The notes: generated by a model not told the origin, from the letters alone. Positions 39,325 through 50,403 are shown, counted from the stretch's first letter. The stretch: DNA of 64,000 bases from Solidesulfovibrio sp. (GCF_029978005.1 NZ_JARKOZ010000123.1:3210-67209); one strand, 5' to 3'. Numbers and translations: made by a program.

Positions 39325-40707
39325 GTGGGAAAGAACAAAAGTCTCATCGGATTCGTAGGCGGCATTGTCCTTGCGTTGCTTGTCTGGGCAATACCAATGG
39401 AGGGATTGGCTCCCGAAGGAAAGAAGTGTCTGGCGCTCAGCCTTCTGGCCGTCGTCTGGTGGGCCATGAGCGTCGCCCATCCGGGATACGTGTCGCTGTT
39501 TCTGCTCGGCAGCTACGTGGTGCTGGGCGTGGCGCCGGGCGGCGTCGTCTTCGGCCTGTGGGGCACGCCGCTGGTCTACCTGGTGGTGGGCGGCTACCTC
39601 ATCGCCTCGGCCGTGCGGGACAGCGGCCTGGGCAAGCGCATCGCCTACCACTACATCCTGCGCTACATCAATTCCTACAACAGCATCGTCGTCGGGGCCT
39701 ATGTCCTCGGCTTCCTGCTGAGCTTTCTCATCCCGCATCCCTGGCCGCGCAGCTTCCTGATCATGTCCGTCATGGCCATGATCATCCGCAGCGCCAACCT
39801 GCCCCTCAAGGACGCGGCCAACATCGGCCTGGCCGTGTTCGCCGGCTCTGCGCCCACCTCCACCATCCTGCTCACCGGCGACAGCATCATCAACGTCGTC
39901 ACCGTGGGCATGTCCGGGGCCAACGTCAGCTGGCTGGGCTGGCTGTGGTACATGGGCATCCCGGGCATCATCGCCTCGGCCCTGACCATGTTCCTGCAGC
40001 TCATGCTCTATAAGCCGACCTGCCAGTTCTGCCTGGACAAGGCGGCGGTGGCCAAGAACCTGGCCGACATGGGGCCCCTTTCCCCGACCGAACGCCGCTG
40101 CCTGTTCTGGGTGGGACTGGCCATCGTGGCCTGGGTCACGGACAGCGTGCACCACATCCATCCCGGCTGGGTCGCCCTGTACGCGGCCATCGCCATGAGC
40201 CTGCCGCGCATCGGCGGCGTGCTCACCCCGGCCTCGTGGAGCGACGTGCCCATCGCCACTCTGTTCTTCCTGACCGCCGCCCTGGCCATCGGCAAGGTGG
40301 GCGACCACGCGGGCATGAACCAGTGGCTGGCCTCGGTCCTGCTGCCGAGCCACGCCCCGTCCAACCCCTTCCTGTTCGCCGGCTTCGTCTCCATCATCGC
40401 CGTGGCCCTGCACATGTGCCTGGGCAGCGTGCTGGCGGTCATGGGCATCGCCATCCCCACGCTCATCCAGTTCGGCACCACGGCCGGCCTGCCGCCGCTG
40501 GTCCCGGCTCTGCTCGTCTTCACGGCCATCTCCATCCACTTCGTGCTGCCCTTCCACCACATGAACGTGCTGGTGGGCCTGGGCGAGAAGCAGGGCATGT
40601 ACGGAGACCGCGAGGTGATCAGGCTGGGCGTGCCTTTGACGGCCGTGGTCTTCATCGTGACCATGCTGGTGCAGATCCCCTGGTGGAAGCTCATCGGCCT
40701 GCTGTAG
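39325..40707 (+). CDS. SLC13/DASS family permease A
   Basis: GTG start after GGAGGAGG; 460 aa hydrophobic; SGLGKRIA, LTGDSIIN, LPFHHMNVLVG. Confidence 0.88.
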   Translation: MGKNKSLIGFVGGIVLALLVWAIPMEGLAPEGKKCLALSLLAVVWWAMSVAHPGYVSLFLLGSYVVLGVAPGGVVFGLWGTPLVYLVVGGYLIASAVRDSGLGKRIAYHYILRYINSYNSIVVGAYVLGFLLSFLIPHPWPRSFLIMSVMAMIIRSANLPLKDAANIGLAVFAGSAPTSTILLTGDSIINVVTVGMSGANVSWLGWLWYMGIPGIIASALTMFLQLMLYKPTCQFCLDKAAVAKNLADMGPLSPTERRCLFWVGLAIVAWVTDSVHHIHPGWVALYAAIAMSLPRIGGVLTPASWSDVPIATLFFLTAALAIGKVGDHAGMNQWLASVLLPSHAPSNPFLFAGFVSIIAVALHMCLGSVLAVMGIAIPTLIQFGTTAGLPPLVPALLVFTAISIHFVLPFHHMNVLVGLGEKQGMYGDREVIRLGVPLTAVVFIVTMLVQIPWWKLIGLL

Positions 40708-40734
40708 TCCGCAACCAACCGGGAGAACACGCCC

Positions 40735-41322
40735 ATGCACGCGAAAAACCGCCTGGTCGTCGGCATAAGCGGCGCAAGCTGCGCCAACCTGGGCATCATG
40801 CTGCTTCAGGCCATGCGCCAGGTCGAAGGCTGGGAGACCCATCTGGTCTACAGCCAGGGCGCCAGACGGACCATCGAGCACGAAACGGACATGACCTGCG
40901 CCGAGGTCGAGGCCCTGGCCACGGCGGCCTATCCCATCGAGGACGTGGGGGCCACCATCGCCAGCGGCACCTTCGTCACCGCCGGCATGGCCGTGGTGCC
41001 CTGCAGCATGAAGACCCTGGCCGGCATCAGCCACGGCTATTCGGAAAACCTGCTCCTGCGCGCCGCGGACGTGGTTCTCAAGGAACGGCGCAAGCTCGTG
41101 CTGGCCGTGCGCGAGACGCCGCTGAACCTCGTGCACCTGCGCAACATGGTCGACCTGGCCTCCATGGGTGTGGTCATCATGCCGCCGGTTTTGACCTTCT
41201 ACAACCACCCCAAGACCCTCGAGGACGTGCAGCGCCACATCGTAGGCAAGATCATGCACGAGTTCGGCCTCGAGGCCCCGGGCTTCAAACGCTGGAACGG
41301 ACAGCAAATCCGGGAGCGATGA
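40735..41322 (+). CDS. ubiX: Flavin prenyltransferase (UbiX/BsdB/LpdB family)
   Basis: VVGISGAS, IASGT, PCSMKTLA, RAADVVLKERRKLVLAVRETPL. Confidence 0.95.
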   Translation: MHAKNRLVVGISGASCANLGIMLLQAMRQVEGWETHLVYSQGARRTIEHETDMTCAEVEALATAAYPIEDVGATIASGTFVTAGMAVVPCSMKTLAGISHGYSENLLLRAADVVLKERRKLVLAVRETPLNLVHLRNMVDLASMGVVIMPPVLTFYNHPKTLEDVQRHIVGKIMHEFGLEAPGFKRWNGQQIRER

Positions 41323-41323
41323 C

Positions 41324-41731
41324 ATGATCGAGATCACGGATTTCCGCGACCGCCTCCTGCTGACGCTGAGGGCCGTGCCCATGGGAGAGGACTTCTCCGT
41401 GGCCCTCTACGGCGGGGGCAGGGCGCACATCGGGGCGGTGGCCCTGGCCCTGCCCCGGCCGAGCCTGGCCGATTCCCGGACGGGCAGCGCCACGGCCTCG
41501 GTCCTGGCCTCCCCCGGCCACAAGGAGGATCTGCTGGCCCGCGAACTGGCGCTGAAGCTCGCCAGCGAACTCGGCGTCACCGTGGCGGTGGCCTGCGGCA
41601 TCCACCTGGACGCCGCCACGGAAACGGAAATCCGGGAGGTGCGCTCCCTGGCCCTGGAAATGGCCGAGAGCCTGACCGCCGAAATACGACTGCTCCGTCA
41701 ACCCTCGTCCCGGACGCCTGGCGAGCCCTGA
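41324..41731 (+). CDS. lpdD: LpdD-like prenylated-flavin chaperone
   Basis: GGGRAHIGAVALA, PGHKEDLLA, ACGIHLDAAT..EI; located between ubiX and a UbiD gene. Confidence 0.7.
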   Translation: MIEITDFRDRLLLTLRAVPMGEDFSVALYGGGRAHIGAVALALPRPSLADSRTGSATASVLASPGHKEDLLARELALKLASELGVTVAVACGIHLDAATETEIREVRSLALEMAESLTAEIRLLRQPSSRTPGEP

Positions 41732-41800
41732 GCCCGCCTTGGCTCCGGACGACGACCGACCCGTAACCTGCAACGCGAACCCGCAACGAGGAGGTTCCCC

Positions 41801-43225
41801 ATGTTCAAGGATTTGCGGCAGTTCCTGGAAAAACTCGAACAGGAAGGGCAACTCGTCCACTACACGGACGAGGTCATGCCCGAACCGGACATCCGGGCCA
41901 TCAGCCGCGCCTCGGCCGACATCGGCCCCACCGGTCCGGCCGTGCTCATCGAGAACGTCAAGGGCTACAAGGGCAAGAAGATCGCGGTCAACGTGCACGG
42001 CTCCTGGGCCAACCATGCGCTCATGCTCGGCATGCCCAAGACCACCAGCCTCAAGGAGCAGTTCTTCGAGCTGGCCAGGCGCTGGGACAGCTATCCCGGC
42101 GAGGTCAGGTGGGTCGATGATCCGGCCTGCCAGGAGGTCATCCTCGACGACTTCAACCTGCTCGAGCTCCTGCCCGTCTACAAGGTCAACGAGAACGACG
42201 GCGGGTTCTACCTGTCCAAGGCTTCGGTGGTGTCCAAGGACCCGGACGACCCCGACAACTTCGACAAGCAAAACGTGGGCATCTACCGCCTGCAGGTCCA
42301 GGACGCCAACACCATCGCCATGCAGGGCCTGCCCTTCCACGACATCGCCATCCACATGCGCAAGGCCGAGGAGCGCGGCGAAGCCCTGCCCGTGGCCATC
42401 TGCCTGGGCGTGGATCCCATGCTGTCGTTCATGGCCAGCACGCCCATCGCCTACGACCAGTCCGAGTACAAGTACACCGCGGCCATAAACGGCGTGCCCA
42501 TGGAGCTGGCCAAGACCACCGACGGCAAGCTCGACGTGCCGGCCGGGGCGGAATACGTGCTCGAAGGCGAGATCGTGCCGCGCGTGCGCGTGTGCGAAGG
42601 CCCCTTCGGCGAGTTCCCGGGCAGCTACTCCGGGGCCCGCAAACAGGTCATCATCAAGATCCACCGGGTCACCCATCGCCGCGATCCGATCTTCGAGAAC
42701 CTCTACCTGGGCCGGCCCTGGACCGAGATCGACACCCTGCTGGGCCTTAACACCTGCATCCCGATCCACAAGCAGCTGCGCGAGACCATGCCCGAGGTCA
42801 AGGCGGTCAACGCCCTGTACCAGCACGGGCTCACGGTCATCATCGCCATGGAGAGCCGGCTCGGCGGCTACGCCAAGTCCGTGGCTTTCCGGGCCGCCTC
42901 CACGCCCCACGGCATCTCCTACGTCAAAAACATCATCCTGGTGGACGCCGACGTGGATCCCTTCAACCTGGTCCAGGTCATGTGGGCCATGTCCACCCGC
43001 ATCCGCGGGCCGCAGGACGTCATCGTCGTCCCGTCCACGCCGGGCATGCCGCTCGATCCGGGTTCCGAACCTCCCGGAATGGGCTGCAAGGTCATCATCG
43101 ACTGCACCACGCCGGTGGCCCCCGAGCCCAAGATGCGCGACGTGAAGATGGTGGAGCTCATCCCCGAGTCCGCCGCCTTCCAGAAGATCCTGTCGGACAT
43201 GCACCAGAAGATTGCCGCCCGCTAG
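41801..43225 (+). CDS. UbiD-family non-oxidative hydroxyarylic acid decarboxylase subunit C (BsdC/VdcC/EcdC type)
   Basis: VNVHGSWANHALMLG, INENDGG-like motif, QNVGIYR, EGPFGEFPGSYSG, YLGRPWTEID, PLDP; followed by a D subunit. Confidence 0.9.
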   Translation: MFKDLRQFLEKLEQEGQLVHYTDEVMPEPDIRAISRASADIGPTGPAVLIENVKGYKGKKIAVNVHGSWANHALMLGMPKTTSLKEQFFELARRWDSYPGEVRWVDDPACQEVILDDFNLLELLPVYKVNENDGGFYLSKASVVSKDPDDPDNFDKQNVGIYRLQVQDANTIAMQGLPFHDIAIHMRKAEERGEALPVAICLGVDPMLSFMASTPIAYDQSEYKYTAAINGVPMELAKTTDGKLDVPAGAEYVLEGEIVPRVRVCEGPFGEFPGSYSGARKQVIIKIHRVTHRRDPIFENLYLGRPWTEIDTLLGLNTCIPIHKQLRETMPEVKAVNALYQHGLTVIIAMESRLGGYAKSVAFRAASTPHGISYVKNIILVDADVDPFNLVQVMWAMSTRIRGPQDVIVVPSTPGMPLDPGSEPPGMGCKVIIDCTTPVAPEPKMRDVKMVELIPESAAFQKILSDMHQKIAAR

Positions 43226-43245
43226 GTGCGGCAAAGGAGAAAGAC

Positions 43246-43473
43246 ATGAAATGCATTCGCTGCCTCGAGGGTGAGGCTTCCGTGGTGGCCAAGGCGCCCG
43301 ACGGAAGCGGCGCCTGGGAAATATACAAGTGCGCCCGCTGCAACTACGGCTGGCGCAACACCGAACCGGCCAAGATGCTCGATCCGGCCACCAGGGACCC
43401 GTTCTTTCAGATGGTCAACGTGGACCTGGACAAGCTGTTGACGCCGTGCCCCATCCCGCCGCTGCGCAAGTAG
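43246..43473 (+). CDS. Decarboxylase subunit D (BsdD/VdcD type)
   Basis: 75 aa, MKCIRC...WEIYKCARCNYGWR...PIPPL; RBS AAGGAG. Confidence 0.85.
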   Translation: MKCIRCLEGEASVVAKAPDGSGAWEIYKCARCNYGWRNTEPAKMLDPATRDPFFQMVNVDLDKLLTPCPIPPLRK

Positions 43474-43512
43474 CCGCCTGAACACCGAGTCCGTGCCGGA
43501 CTCCCCGCCGCA

Positions 43513-43542
43513 GACGGAGCGCGCCGCCAGGCGCGCTCCGTC
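43513..43542. terminator. Hairpin between the convergent D-subunit and LysR2 genes
   Basis: gacggagcgcgcc-gcca-ggcgcgctccgtc. Confidence 0.6.
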
Positions 43543-43727
43543 GTTGCGTTTGGCCGCCCGGCGTCGTCGCCACGGATGTTCATGAGGCCGCTGCGCTGGC
43601 GGCGCGCCGGAAGGACGGCTTTGTTCGTGCCGCCTCGCTCGCCCGATCGGCCGGCCGAGTCAGCCGCACCGTCGCCCGCGTCGCCCCTCGACGCTTCCCG
43701 GGGAGCCGTCGGCGTTGCCGGGCCGGG

Positions 43728-44765
43728 TTATTCCGCCGTCTCCGCCAGCCAGTCGCCGCGACATTGCGCCCCGGGGCAAAAGCGTTCCTCCACGGAAGGC
43801 GCGGCCGGGCGGACGGAGCCATGGGAGCGTTCGGCCGACAGGCCGCGATGCTTGGGATGGCCGAGCAGCTTCGGGAACAGGACCTCGCGCAGCCATTTGT
43901 GGGCGCAGTCGTTGTGATGGCTCTCGTGCCACCACAGGGACATCTTGACCGTCTGGGTCTCGAAAGGCAGAGGGAAAAGCTTGAGATCCCGGGCGTCGGG
44001 GCTGTTGCGGGCCACGTGCATGGGCACGACCGCCAAGAAGTCGGTGTTCTCCACCACGTTGAAGGCCAGGCGGTAGGAAGGCACCCGCAGCTTGACGTTG
44101 CGGCGAAGCCCCAGATTGTGCAGCGGCCGGTCCACGACCTTCTCCCAGCCTCCGCCCGTCACCACGCTGACGTGGGGGTGGGCGACGAAATCCTCCAGGC
44201 GCAAGGCGTCCTGGCCGACCAGGGGATGCCGGGCCCCTGCCACGCACACCAGGTAATCCTCGTCCACGACCCGGCGGAACATGTTGGAAGGGAACGTGTC
44301 GTCGATGCTGATGGCCAGGTGGATCTCGCCGGCGATCAGCATCTTTTTGGCGAAGCGGTCCCAGTTGACGATGGTGAAATTGATCTTGTCGAACTGGGCA
44401 TTGATGAACATCAGGGAATCGTTGAGAATATAAAGAGAGACGTAGTCCGGTGCGGCTATGATGAATTCCTTGGTCTGGCGGCTCGGCACGAAGTTCGAGG
44501 AGAGCATGCACTGGATGGAGCCCACGAACTCGTCGAGCTTGGGGACCAACTCGTGGGCTTTGGCCGACAGGATGTTGCCCTTGCCGGAGCGTACGAGCAG
44601 GGGATCCTGGAAATACTCCCGCAGTTGGGCGAGATTGCGGCTCATGGTCGATTGAGTGATGTTCAGGCGCTGCGCCGCATTGCTGACATTGCATTCGTCC
44701 AGCAGCGCCTTGAGGGAAAGCAGGAGATTCAAATTGATCTGTGCGAGCGCGACCAGGTCGATCAT
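43728..44765 (-). CDS. LysR-family regulator 2 (paralog of regulator 1)
   Basis: INLNLLLSLKALLDECNVSNAAQRLNITQSTMSRNLAQLREYFQDPLLVRSG; DCAHKWLRE. Confidence 0.95.
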   Translation of the reverse strand: MIDLVALAQINLNLLLSLKALLDECNVSNAAQRLNITQSTMSRNLAQLREYFQDPLLVRSGKGNILSAKAHELVPKLDEFVGSIQCMLSSNFVPSRQTKEFIIAAPDYVSLYILNDSLMFINAQFDKINFTIVNWDRFAKKMLIAGEIHLAISIDDTFPSNMFRRVVDEDYLVCVAGARHPLVGQDALRLEDFVAHPHVSVVTGGGWEKVVDRPLHNLGLRRNVKLRVPSYRLAFNVVENTDFLAVVPMHVARNSPDARDLKLFPLPFETQTVKMSLWWHESHHNDCAHKWLREVLFPKLLGHPKHRGLSAERSHGSVRPAAPSVEERFCPGAQCRGDWLAETAE

Positions 44766-44963
44766 ACTGCAGACTCCCCGTCAGGGACGGCGGTCAGGAC
44801 TGCCGGCCCTAAAGCCACAAAGACCACGATATTCAAACGACTTCTTTTTTATAACAAATCAGCTCTCGGCTTTCAAGAAACATTATCCGCCGCTTTTATA
44901 GGCTTTCGGCGGCGTGTTTCTTTCATGACTGCATGCAGCCCTTTCATACTCAAGCAGCGCAAA

Positions 44964-44990
44964 GAGGACCCGCCGGGAAGGCGGGTCCTC
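44964..44990 (-). terminator. Hairpin downstream of the AroY-type decarboxylase
   Basis: gaggacccgcc-gggaa-ggcgggtcctc. Confidence 0.6.
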
Positions 44991-45131
44991 GTCAGACCGT
45001 TCGGGTCCGCGGCGTCTCCGACGCCGCGCCCCTGTTCCGGAATGACCCGCCTCCAAGCGGGCCTCCAAGCTGGCATGCCGCCAGGTGCCGTTTCCCTCAA
45101 AACACGGACGTACGCTGCAAGGGTGGCAAGG

Positions 45132-46613
45132 CTAGCCCTTCAGGAACCGGGTGTAGTCCACTTCCTTGAACGGGGCGCGCTGGAACCTGTCCTTGAGGGC
45201 GAAGGGCACGGTGCAGTCGAAGATGGCCTTGCAGGCGATGCCGTTGCCGCGGATGGACGGGCTCATTTCCGGAGTTTGGGACGGGTCGAGGGGGTGGCAG
45301 CGCACGCCCGGGATGGGCACCACGTCGACGTCGGCCTGGAACCGGGTGGTCATGGCCCACAGCACGTCGTTGGTGTCGAAGGGGTCCACGTCCTCGTCCA
45401 CGAGGATGACGTGCTTGAGTTCCGAGAAGGCCGAGAAGGCGAGCAGGGCGGCTTGCCGCTGCCGGCCCTCGTCCGGGGGCGCGGACTTCTTCACCTGGAG
45501 CACGGCCAGGTATTTGCCGCCGCCCGAGGGATGGGCGTAGACGTTCTGCAGGAATCCCGGCAGGGCCCGGCCGACCATGCCGATGATGCTGGCCTCGGTG
45601 GGGATGCCGGCCATGCTGACGTGCTCTTCGCTGGGGCCGATGCAGGTCTGCATGATGGGGTGCGGGCGGTGGGTGACGGCCTTGACCTTGATCACGGGCA
45701 GGGCCGGCTTGGCCGGGCCGTTGTAGCCCGGGAACTCGGGCATGGCCTTGCCGGTCTTGGAAAACTGGTCCTCGGCCACCCGCACGTCGGGCAACAGCTC
45801 CCCTTCGATGACGATCTCGGCGTTGGCGATGGCCTTGGCGTCCACGGTCAGGCATTTGGCCAGTTCCACGGGCGTTTCGCGCAGCGCGCCGGCGATGCCG
45901 AGTTCGTTGAAGCCCAGCGGCGTGGACGGGGCCTCGAAGCAGGCCGCGATGTGGACCGCCGGGTCGAGGCCTATGCTGATGGAGATGGGCTGGGGCTTGC
46001 CGGCCTTTTCCGCCTTCATGCGGAAGGCGTCGAGGTGGCGGCCCGGGACGAAGTACATGGAGATCTCGTCCGCGCCCTGGACGCACAGGCGGTGGATGGT
46101 CACGTCCTCCTCGCCGGTTTCCGGGTCCGCGCCGTAGCACAGGCCCATGGTGATGTAAGGGCCGGCGTCCTCGGGCGTGTTGGTGGGGGCGGGGATGAGC
46201 TTTCGCAGGTCGAAGCCCGGGTCCGTGGCGTAGTGGACCACCTCCTGGCAGGCGGCCTTCTCGCGCGCCACCATGACCGGGGCCACGGGGTGCTCGAGGG
46301 CCCGGCACATGTGGGAGCCGAGCTTTTCCGGCGCGGCGCCGAGCAGCATGGCCACGCGCTTGCGGCTGGCCAGCATGCCGATGACCACCCGGGCGTCGTC
46401 GTAGCCCTTGATGTTGGTGAAGACCATGGCCGGACCGGCCTTGGTGGGACGCATGACCGTGCCGCCCGCGCCCACGTAGCGGTAGACGCCGGACAGTTCG
46501 GCCATGGGATCCACGGTGACGTCGGTGGTCAGCAGTTGCCCCTCGACGCCTTCGAGCAGGCGCAGGGCGGAACGCAGGTCGGTGACGGCGACCTTTTGCG
46601 AAGCATCGGACAT
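45132..46613 (-). CDS. UbiD-family decarboxylase, protocatechuate/gallate type (AroY/LpdC)
   Basis: VDPMAELSGVYRYVGAGGTVMRPT..GPAM, DAGPYITMGL, DVTIHR, MPEFPGYNG, EEHVSMAGIPTEAS, HPLDPSQ; RBS AGGAGGAG. Confidence 0.9.
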   Translation of the reverse strand: MSDASQKVAVTDLRSALRLLEGVEGQLLTTDVTVDPMAELSGVYRYVGAGGTVMRPTKAGPAMVFTNIKGYDDARVVIGMLASRKRVAMLLGAAPEKLGSHMCRALEHPVAPVMVAREKAACQEVVHYATDPGFDLRKLIPAPTNTPEDAGPYITMGLCYGADPETGEEDVTIHRLCVQGADEISMYFVPGRHLDAFRMKAEKAGKPQPISISIGLDPAVHIAACFEAPSTPLGFNELGIAGALRETPVELAKCLTVDAKAIANAEIVIEGELLPDVRVAEDQFSKTGKAMPEFPGYNGPAKPALPVIKVKAVTHRPHPIMQTCIGPSEEHVSMAGIPTEASIIGMVGRALPGFLQNVYAHPSGGGKYLAVLQVKKSAPPDEGRQRQAALLAFSAFSELKHVILVDEDVDPFDTNDVLWAMTTRFQADVDVVPIPGVRCHPLDPSQTPEMSPSIRGNGIACKAIFDCTVPFALKDRFQRAPFKEVDYTRFLKG

Positions 46614-46682
46614 TGCAACTCCTCCTGGTTTCATGCGTATGTCTGCGGCCGGTGCCGGCCGTAAACGGTTGTTGCCCGCCCG

Positions 46683-48065
46683 TTACAGAAGGCCGATGAT
46701 CTTCCACCAGGGCACGACCACGGCCAGGGGCAGGATGAAGACGATGGCGGTCAGGGGGACGCCGAAGCGGATGACGTCCTTGTCCGTGTACAGACCCTGC
46801 TTCTCGCCCAGACCCACCAGGATGTTCATGTGGTGGAAGGGCAGGATGTAGTGGATGAAGATGGCGATGTAGACGAGCAGCGACGGCACCAGCGGGTTCA
46901 TGCCGGCCGAGTCGCCGAACTGGATGAGCGTGGGGATGGCGATGCCCATGACGGCCATGACGCTGCCCAGGCACATGTGGATGGCCAGGGCGATGCAGGT
47001 GACGAACAGGGCGAACAGGAAGGCGTTGGCCGGGGCGGCGGAGGGCAAGAGCACGCTGGCCACCCAGGCGTTCATGCCGGAGACGGCCCCGACCCGGCCG
47101 ATGGCCAGGGCGGCGGTCAGAAAGAAGGCGGTCTCGATGGGCACGTCGCGCCAGGAGCTCGGCTTGAGCACGCCGCCCACCTTGGGCAGGGCCAGCCCCA
47201 TGGCCACGACCAGGGCGATCCAGCCGCAATGGATCTTGTGCAGGCTGTCCGTGGCCCACAGCACGATGGCCAGGCCGATCCAGAGGATGCAGCGCCACTC
47301 CGCGCCGGTCAGGGGGCCGAGGTCGGCCAGGAGCTTGCGCATCTCCTCCTTGTTCACGTGCACCTCGGCCGTGGGCTTGTAGAGCATGAGCTGCAGGGCC
47401 AGCGTCAGGATCGTGGCGGCGATGCCGGGCAGGCCCATCATCCACAGCCAGCCGAGCCAGCTGACGGCCTGGCCGGACATCTCCACGGCCACCGGGTTGA
47501 CCGTGGCGTCGCCCGTGAGGAGCACCATGGAGGTGGGCACGGAGCCGGCGAACACGGCCAGGCCGATGTTGACGGCGTCCTTCACGGGGATCTTGGCGCT
47601 TTTGACGATGATGCCCACCACGGACATGATCAGGAAGCTGCGCGGCCAGGGATGGGGGATGATGAAGCTCAGCAGCAGCCCGAGCACGTACATGCCGACG
47701 ATGATGCTGCGGTAGGAATTGACGTACTTGATGATGTAGGAATAGGCGATGCGCTTGCCCAGGCCCGACTCGTTCACGGCCGATGCGATGAGGTAGGCGC
47801 CGATGATCATGTAGATGATGGGCGTCGTCCACAGGCCGAACACGATGTTCGACGGCGCAACGCCGAGGAGGACGTACAAGGTCAGCAGGATGACCGAGGT
47901 GTAGCCGGGATGCATGACCTTGGTCGCCCACCAGATGACGGCCAGCAAGCTGATGGCCAGGCATCGCTGCCCGGCGGGCGCGATGTCGCCGAGTGGCAAT
48001 ATGCCGACGAGCAGAGCCACAATGATGCCGCCGATGAATCCGATCATACTGATGTTTTTCGCCAT
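46683..48065 (-). CDS. SLC13/DASS family permease B (paralog of A)
   Basis: 460 aa; shares SGLGKRIAY, IPHPWPRSFLIMSV, LPFHHMN.LVGLGEKQG with permease A. Confidence 0.88.
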   Translation of the reverse strand: MAKNISMIGFIGGIIVALLVGILPLGDIAPAGQRCLAISLLAVIWWATKVMHPGYTSVILLTLYVLLGVAPSNIVFGLWTTPIIYMIIGAYLIASAVNESGLGKRIAYSYIIKYVNSYRSIIVGMYVLGLLLSFIIPHPWPRSFLIMSVVGIIVKSAKIPVKDAVNIGLAVFAGSVPTSMVLLTGDATVNPVAVEMSGQAVSWLGWLWMMGLPGIAATILTLALQLMLYKPTAEVHVNKEEMRKLLADLGPLTGAEWRCILWIGLAIVLWATDSLHKIHCGWIALVVAMGLALPKVGGVLKPSSWRDVPIETAFFLTAALAIGRVGAVSGMNAWVASVLLPSAAPANAFLFALFVTCIALAIHMCLGSVMAVMGIAIPTLIQFGDSAGMNPLVPSLLVYIAIFIHYILPFHHMNILVGLGEKQGLYTDKDVIRFGVPLTAIVFILPLAVVVPWWKIIGLL

Positions 48066-48306
48066 CCCTCTCGTGCTCCTTCCTGAATGAGTATTTGTTC
48101 AATTCATCATGCTTCTCCGGTCCGGTGTCCATCGCATATTCCGCATCGCCAACGTGCATGATTTGCAAGTCCGTTCCTGTCGAAGCGCAGTAGGGGCGGC
48201 CTGCGTCCCCTACGGTTTCGGAGTCGTCCGACCGGGCGCGAAAGAGGCCCCTTGCCGGCGAGCCTCGCCGGCAAGGGGCCTGGCGGCGCGGCCGTGCCGG
48301 GCGGGG

Positions 48307-50403
48307 CTACTTCCCGGCGTTCCCGACGAGCCGCAAGGGGCCGGCCGCGGGCAGGCCCGGCAGGACATCGGTGGCGGACTGCATGCCGTCGATGAGGCTT
48401 CTCAGGCGTTTGGTCTGGCCGGCCAGCTCGGCCACGACATTTGCCGAATGGTGCTGCGCCTGCGCGGATTCCCCGGCCAGGCGGTTGATGTCCGCGATGC
48501 TGCGGTTGATCTCCTCGGTGGTGATGGACTGCTGCTCGGCCGCCGTGGCGATGGCCCGGACCTGGTCCGTGGTCCGGTCGACCAGGCCGACGATGGCGGC
48601 CAGGGTTTCGCCGGACTGGCCGGCCAGGGCGGTGGCCTCGTCGATGCGCTTGGCCGCCAGTTCGACGTTGTCGATGTTCTGGCGGGTGCCGTGCTGGATG
48701 CTGCCGATGGCCTCGCCCACCTCCTTGGTGGCGGCCATGGTCTTTTCGGCGAGCTTTCGCACCTCGTCGGCCACCACGGCGAAGCCGCGCCCGGCCTCGC
48801 CGGCCCGCGCCGCCTCGATGGCGGCGTTAAGCGCCAGCAGGTTGGTCTGGTCGGCGATGTCCGAGATCACGGACATGATGCGGCCGATGCCCTCGGCCTG
48901 CTGGCCCAGCTCGCGCATGTCCCCCTTGAGGGACAGGGCCTTGGCCTGGACCTCGCCGATGCTCCGGATGACCCGGGTGACGATGTCCGAGCCGTCGCTG
49001 GCCGTGCGGCGGGCCTGATCCGCGGTTTCGGCCGCGTCCGAGGCGCTCTGGGCCACGGCCAGGACCGTGGCGTTCATTTCTTCCATGGAGGTGGCCGTCT
49101 CGCCGATGCGGTTGGACTGTTCCTGGGAGCCCTGGCTGGACTGGGCGAGCTGGGACGAAATGTCCCCTGTGGCGGCGTCGACGGCCGAGACGATGCCCTC
49201 GAGCTGGTCTGCGGCTTGGAGCATGCCGGCCTGGCGGGCGTGCTCGGCCTGCCGCCTGGCCTCCTCGGCCTCGGCCGTGGCCTGTCGAGCTTTTTCGGTC
49301 TCGGCCGCGGCCAGGGATTCCTTGGATTCGGCCTCGCCGATCTTGCCCTTGAGGTTTTCCACCATCTTGGCCATGGCCCGCTGGAGGGAGCCGATCTCGT
49401 CGCGGCGGTCGGCCCCGAGGGCGGTGTCCAGGTCGCCGTCGGCGATGCGGCTGGCCGCCGCGACCAGCGCGCCGACCGGCCGCAGCACGTTGATGGACAG
49501 GATGGCCCAGACGCCGCACACGAAGATCAGGACGATCCCTCCGGACATGGCCAGGATGGCGAGGCCGAGATGCCTGGCGTCGGCGAAGGCCTCGTTGGCG
49601 TTGACGACCATGCCCACGACCCAGCCGGTATGTTCCGACCGCTTGAAGAGGATGATCCGGCGCTGGCCGTCCTCGACCACGTCGAGGGAGCCGGCCGACT
49701 GGGTGGCGATGCGGCTGCCGTAGGCGGCATCCTTGAAGATGTTGCGCTTGCCCACGAATTCGCGCTGGGGGTGGGCCAGGATCAGGCCGTCGGCCGAGGC
49801 GACGGAGGCGTAGCCCTTGGCCGAGGTCAGGGGATCGACGAACTCCTTGGTGAAAAGTCCCAGGCGGATGCCCGCGACCAGCACGCCCAGGGGCTTGCCG
49901 CCGTCGCCCACGGGCACGGCGACCACGAAGACCGGCTCGCCCTTGTCGGCGCTTAAAAGCGGCGAGGAAAGATAGGGCCGCCCCTCCATGGCCTTCCTGA
50001 AGTATTCCCGGGCGGCGAAGTCCTTGCCGGTGAGGGAGTCGTTGGAACTGGTCAGGATGACGCCCTTGGCGTCGATGAGGAACAGGTTGTCGTAGTTGGG
50101 GTGCCGGGAGACGACGTCGGCGAGCAAGGCCCTGGCCGCGGCCAGGGCCTCGCTTTCGGAGGCGGACTGCTTCGCGGCCGCGACGATGGTGGCCGTGTGG
50201 CTTATGGAAAGAACCTCGTTGCGCGTGTCCTCTATCCAGAGGTCTACGGTGGACAGGAGCGAAGCCAGATTGGTTCTGGCCATTTCAAGGGAGATCTCTT
50301 GCAGCGAATCGGTGCTTCGCTGGTAGGTGAACCAGGTGGTGATGGACATGCCTGCAATGATGAGCGCAATCGTAGGCAATATGAATTTGGCCTTCAATTT
50401 CAT
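48307..50403 (-). CDS. Methyl-accepting chemotaxis protein (Cache-type sensor, HAMP)
   Basis: Two TM segments, Cache-like periplasmic region, [50 protein letters not shown]. Confidence 0.96.
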   Translation of the reverse strand: MKLKAKFILPTIALIIAGMSITTWFTYQRSTDSLQEISLEMARTNLASLLSTVDLWIEDTRNEVLSISHTATIVAAAKQSASESEALAAARALLADVVSRHPNYDNLFLIDAKGVILTSSNDSLTGKDFAAREYFRKAMEGRPYLSSPLLSADKGEPVFVVAVPVGDGGKPLGVLVAGIRLGLFTKEFVDPLTSAKGYASVASADGLILAHPQREFVGKRNIFKDAAYGSRIATQSAGSLDVVEDGQRRIILFKRSEHTGWVVGMVVNANEAFADARHLGLAILAMSGGIVLIFVCGVWAILSINVLRPVGALVAAASRIADGDLDTALGADRRDEIGSLQRAMAKMVENLKGKIGEAESKESLAAAETEKARQATAEAEEARRQAEHARQAGMLQAADQLEGIVSAVDAATGDISSQLAQSSQGSQEQSNRIGETATSMEEMNATVLAVAQSASDAAETADQARRTASDGSDIVTRVIRSIGEVQAKALSLKGDMRELGQQAEGIGRIMSVISDIADQTNLLALNAAIEAARAGEAGRGFAVVADEVRKLAEKTMAATKEVGEAIGSIQHGTRQNIDNVELAAKRIDEATALAGQSGETLAAIVGLVDRTTDQVRAIATAAEQQSITTEEINRSIADINRLAGESAQAQHHSANVVAELAGQTKRLRSLIDGMQSATDVLPGLPAAGPLRLVGNAGK

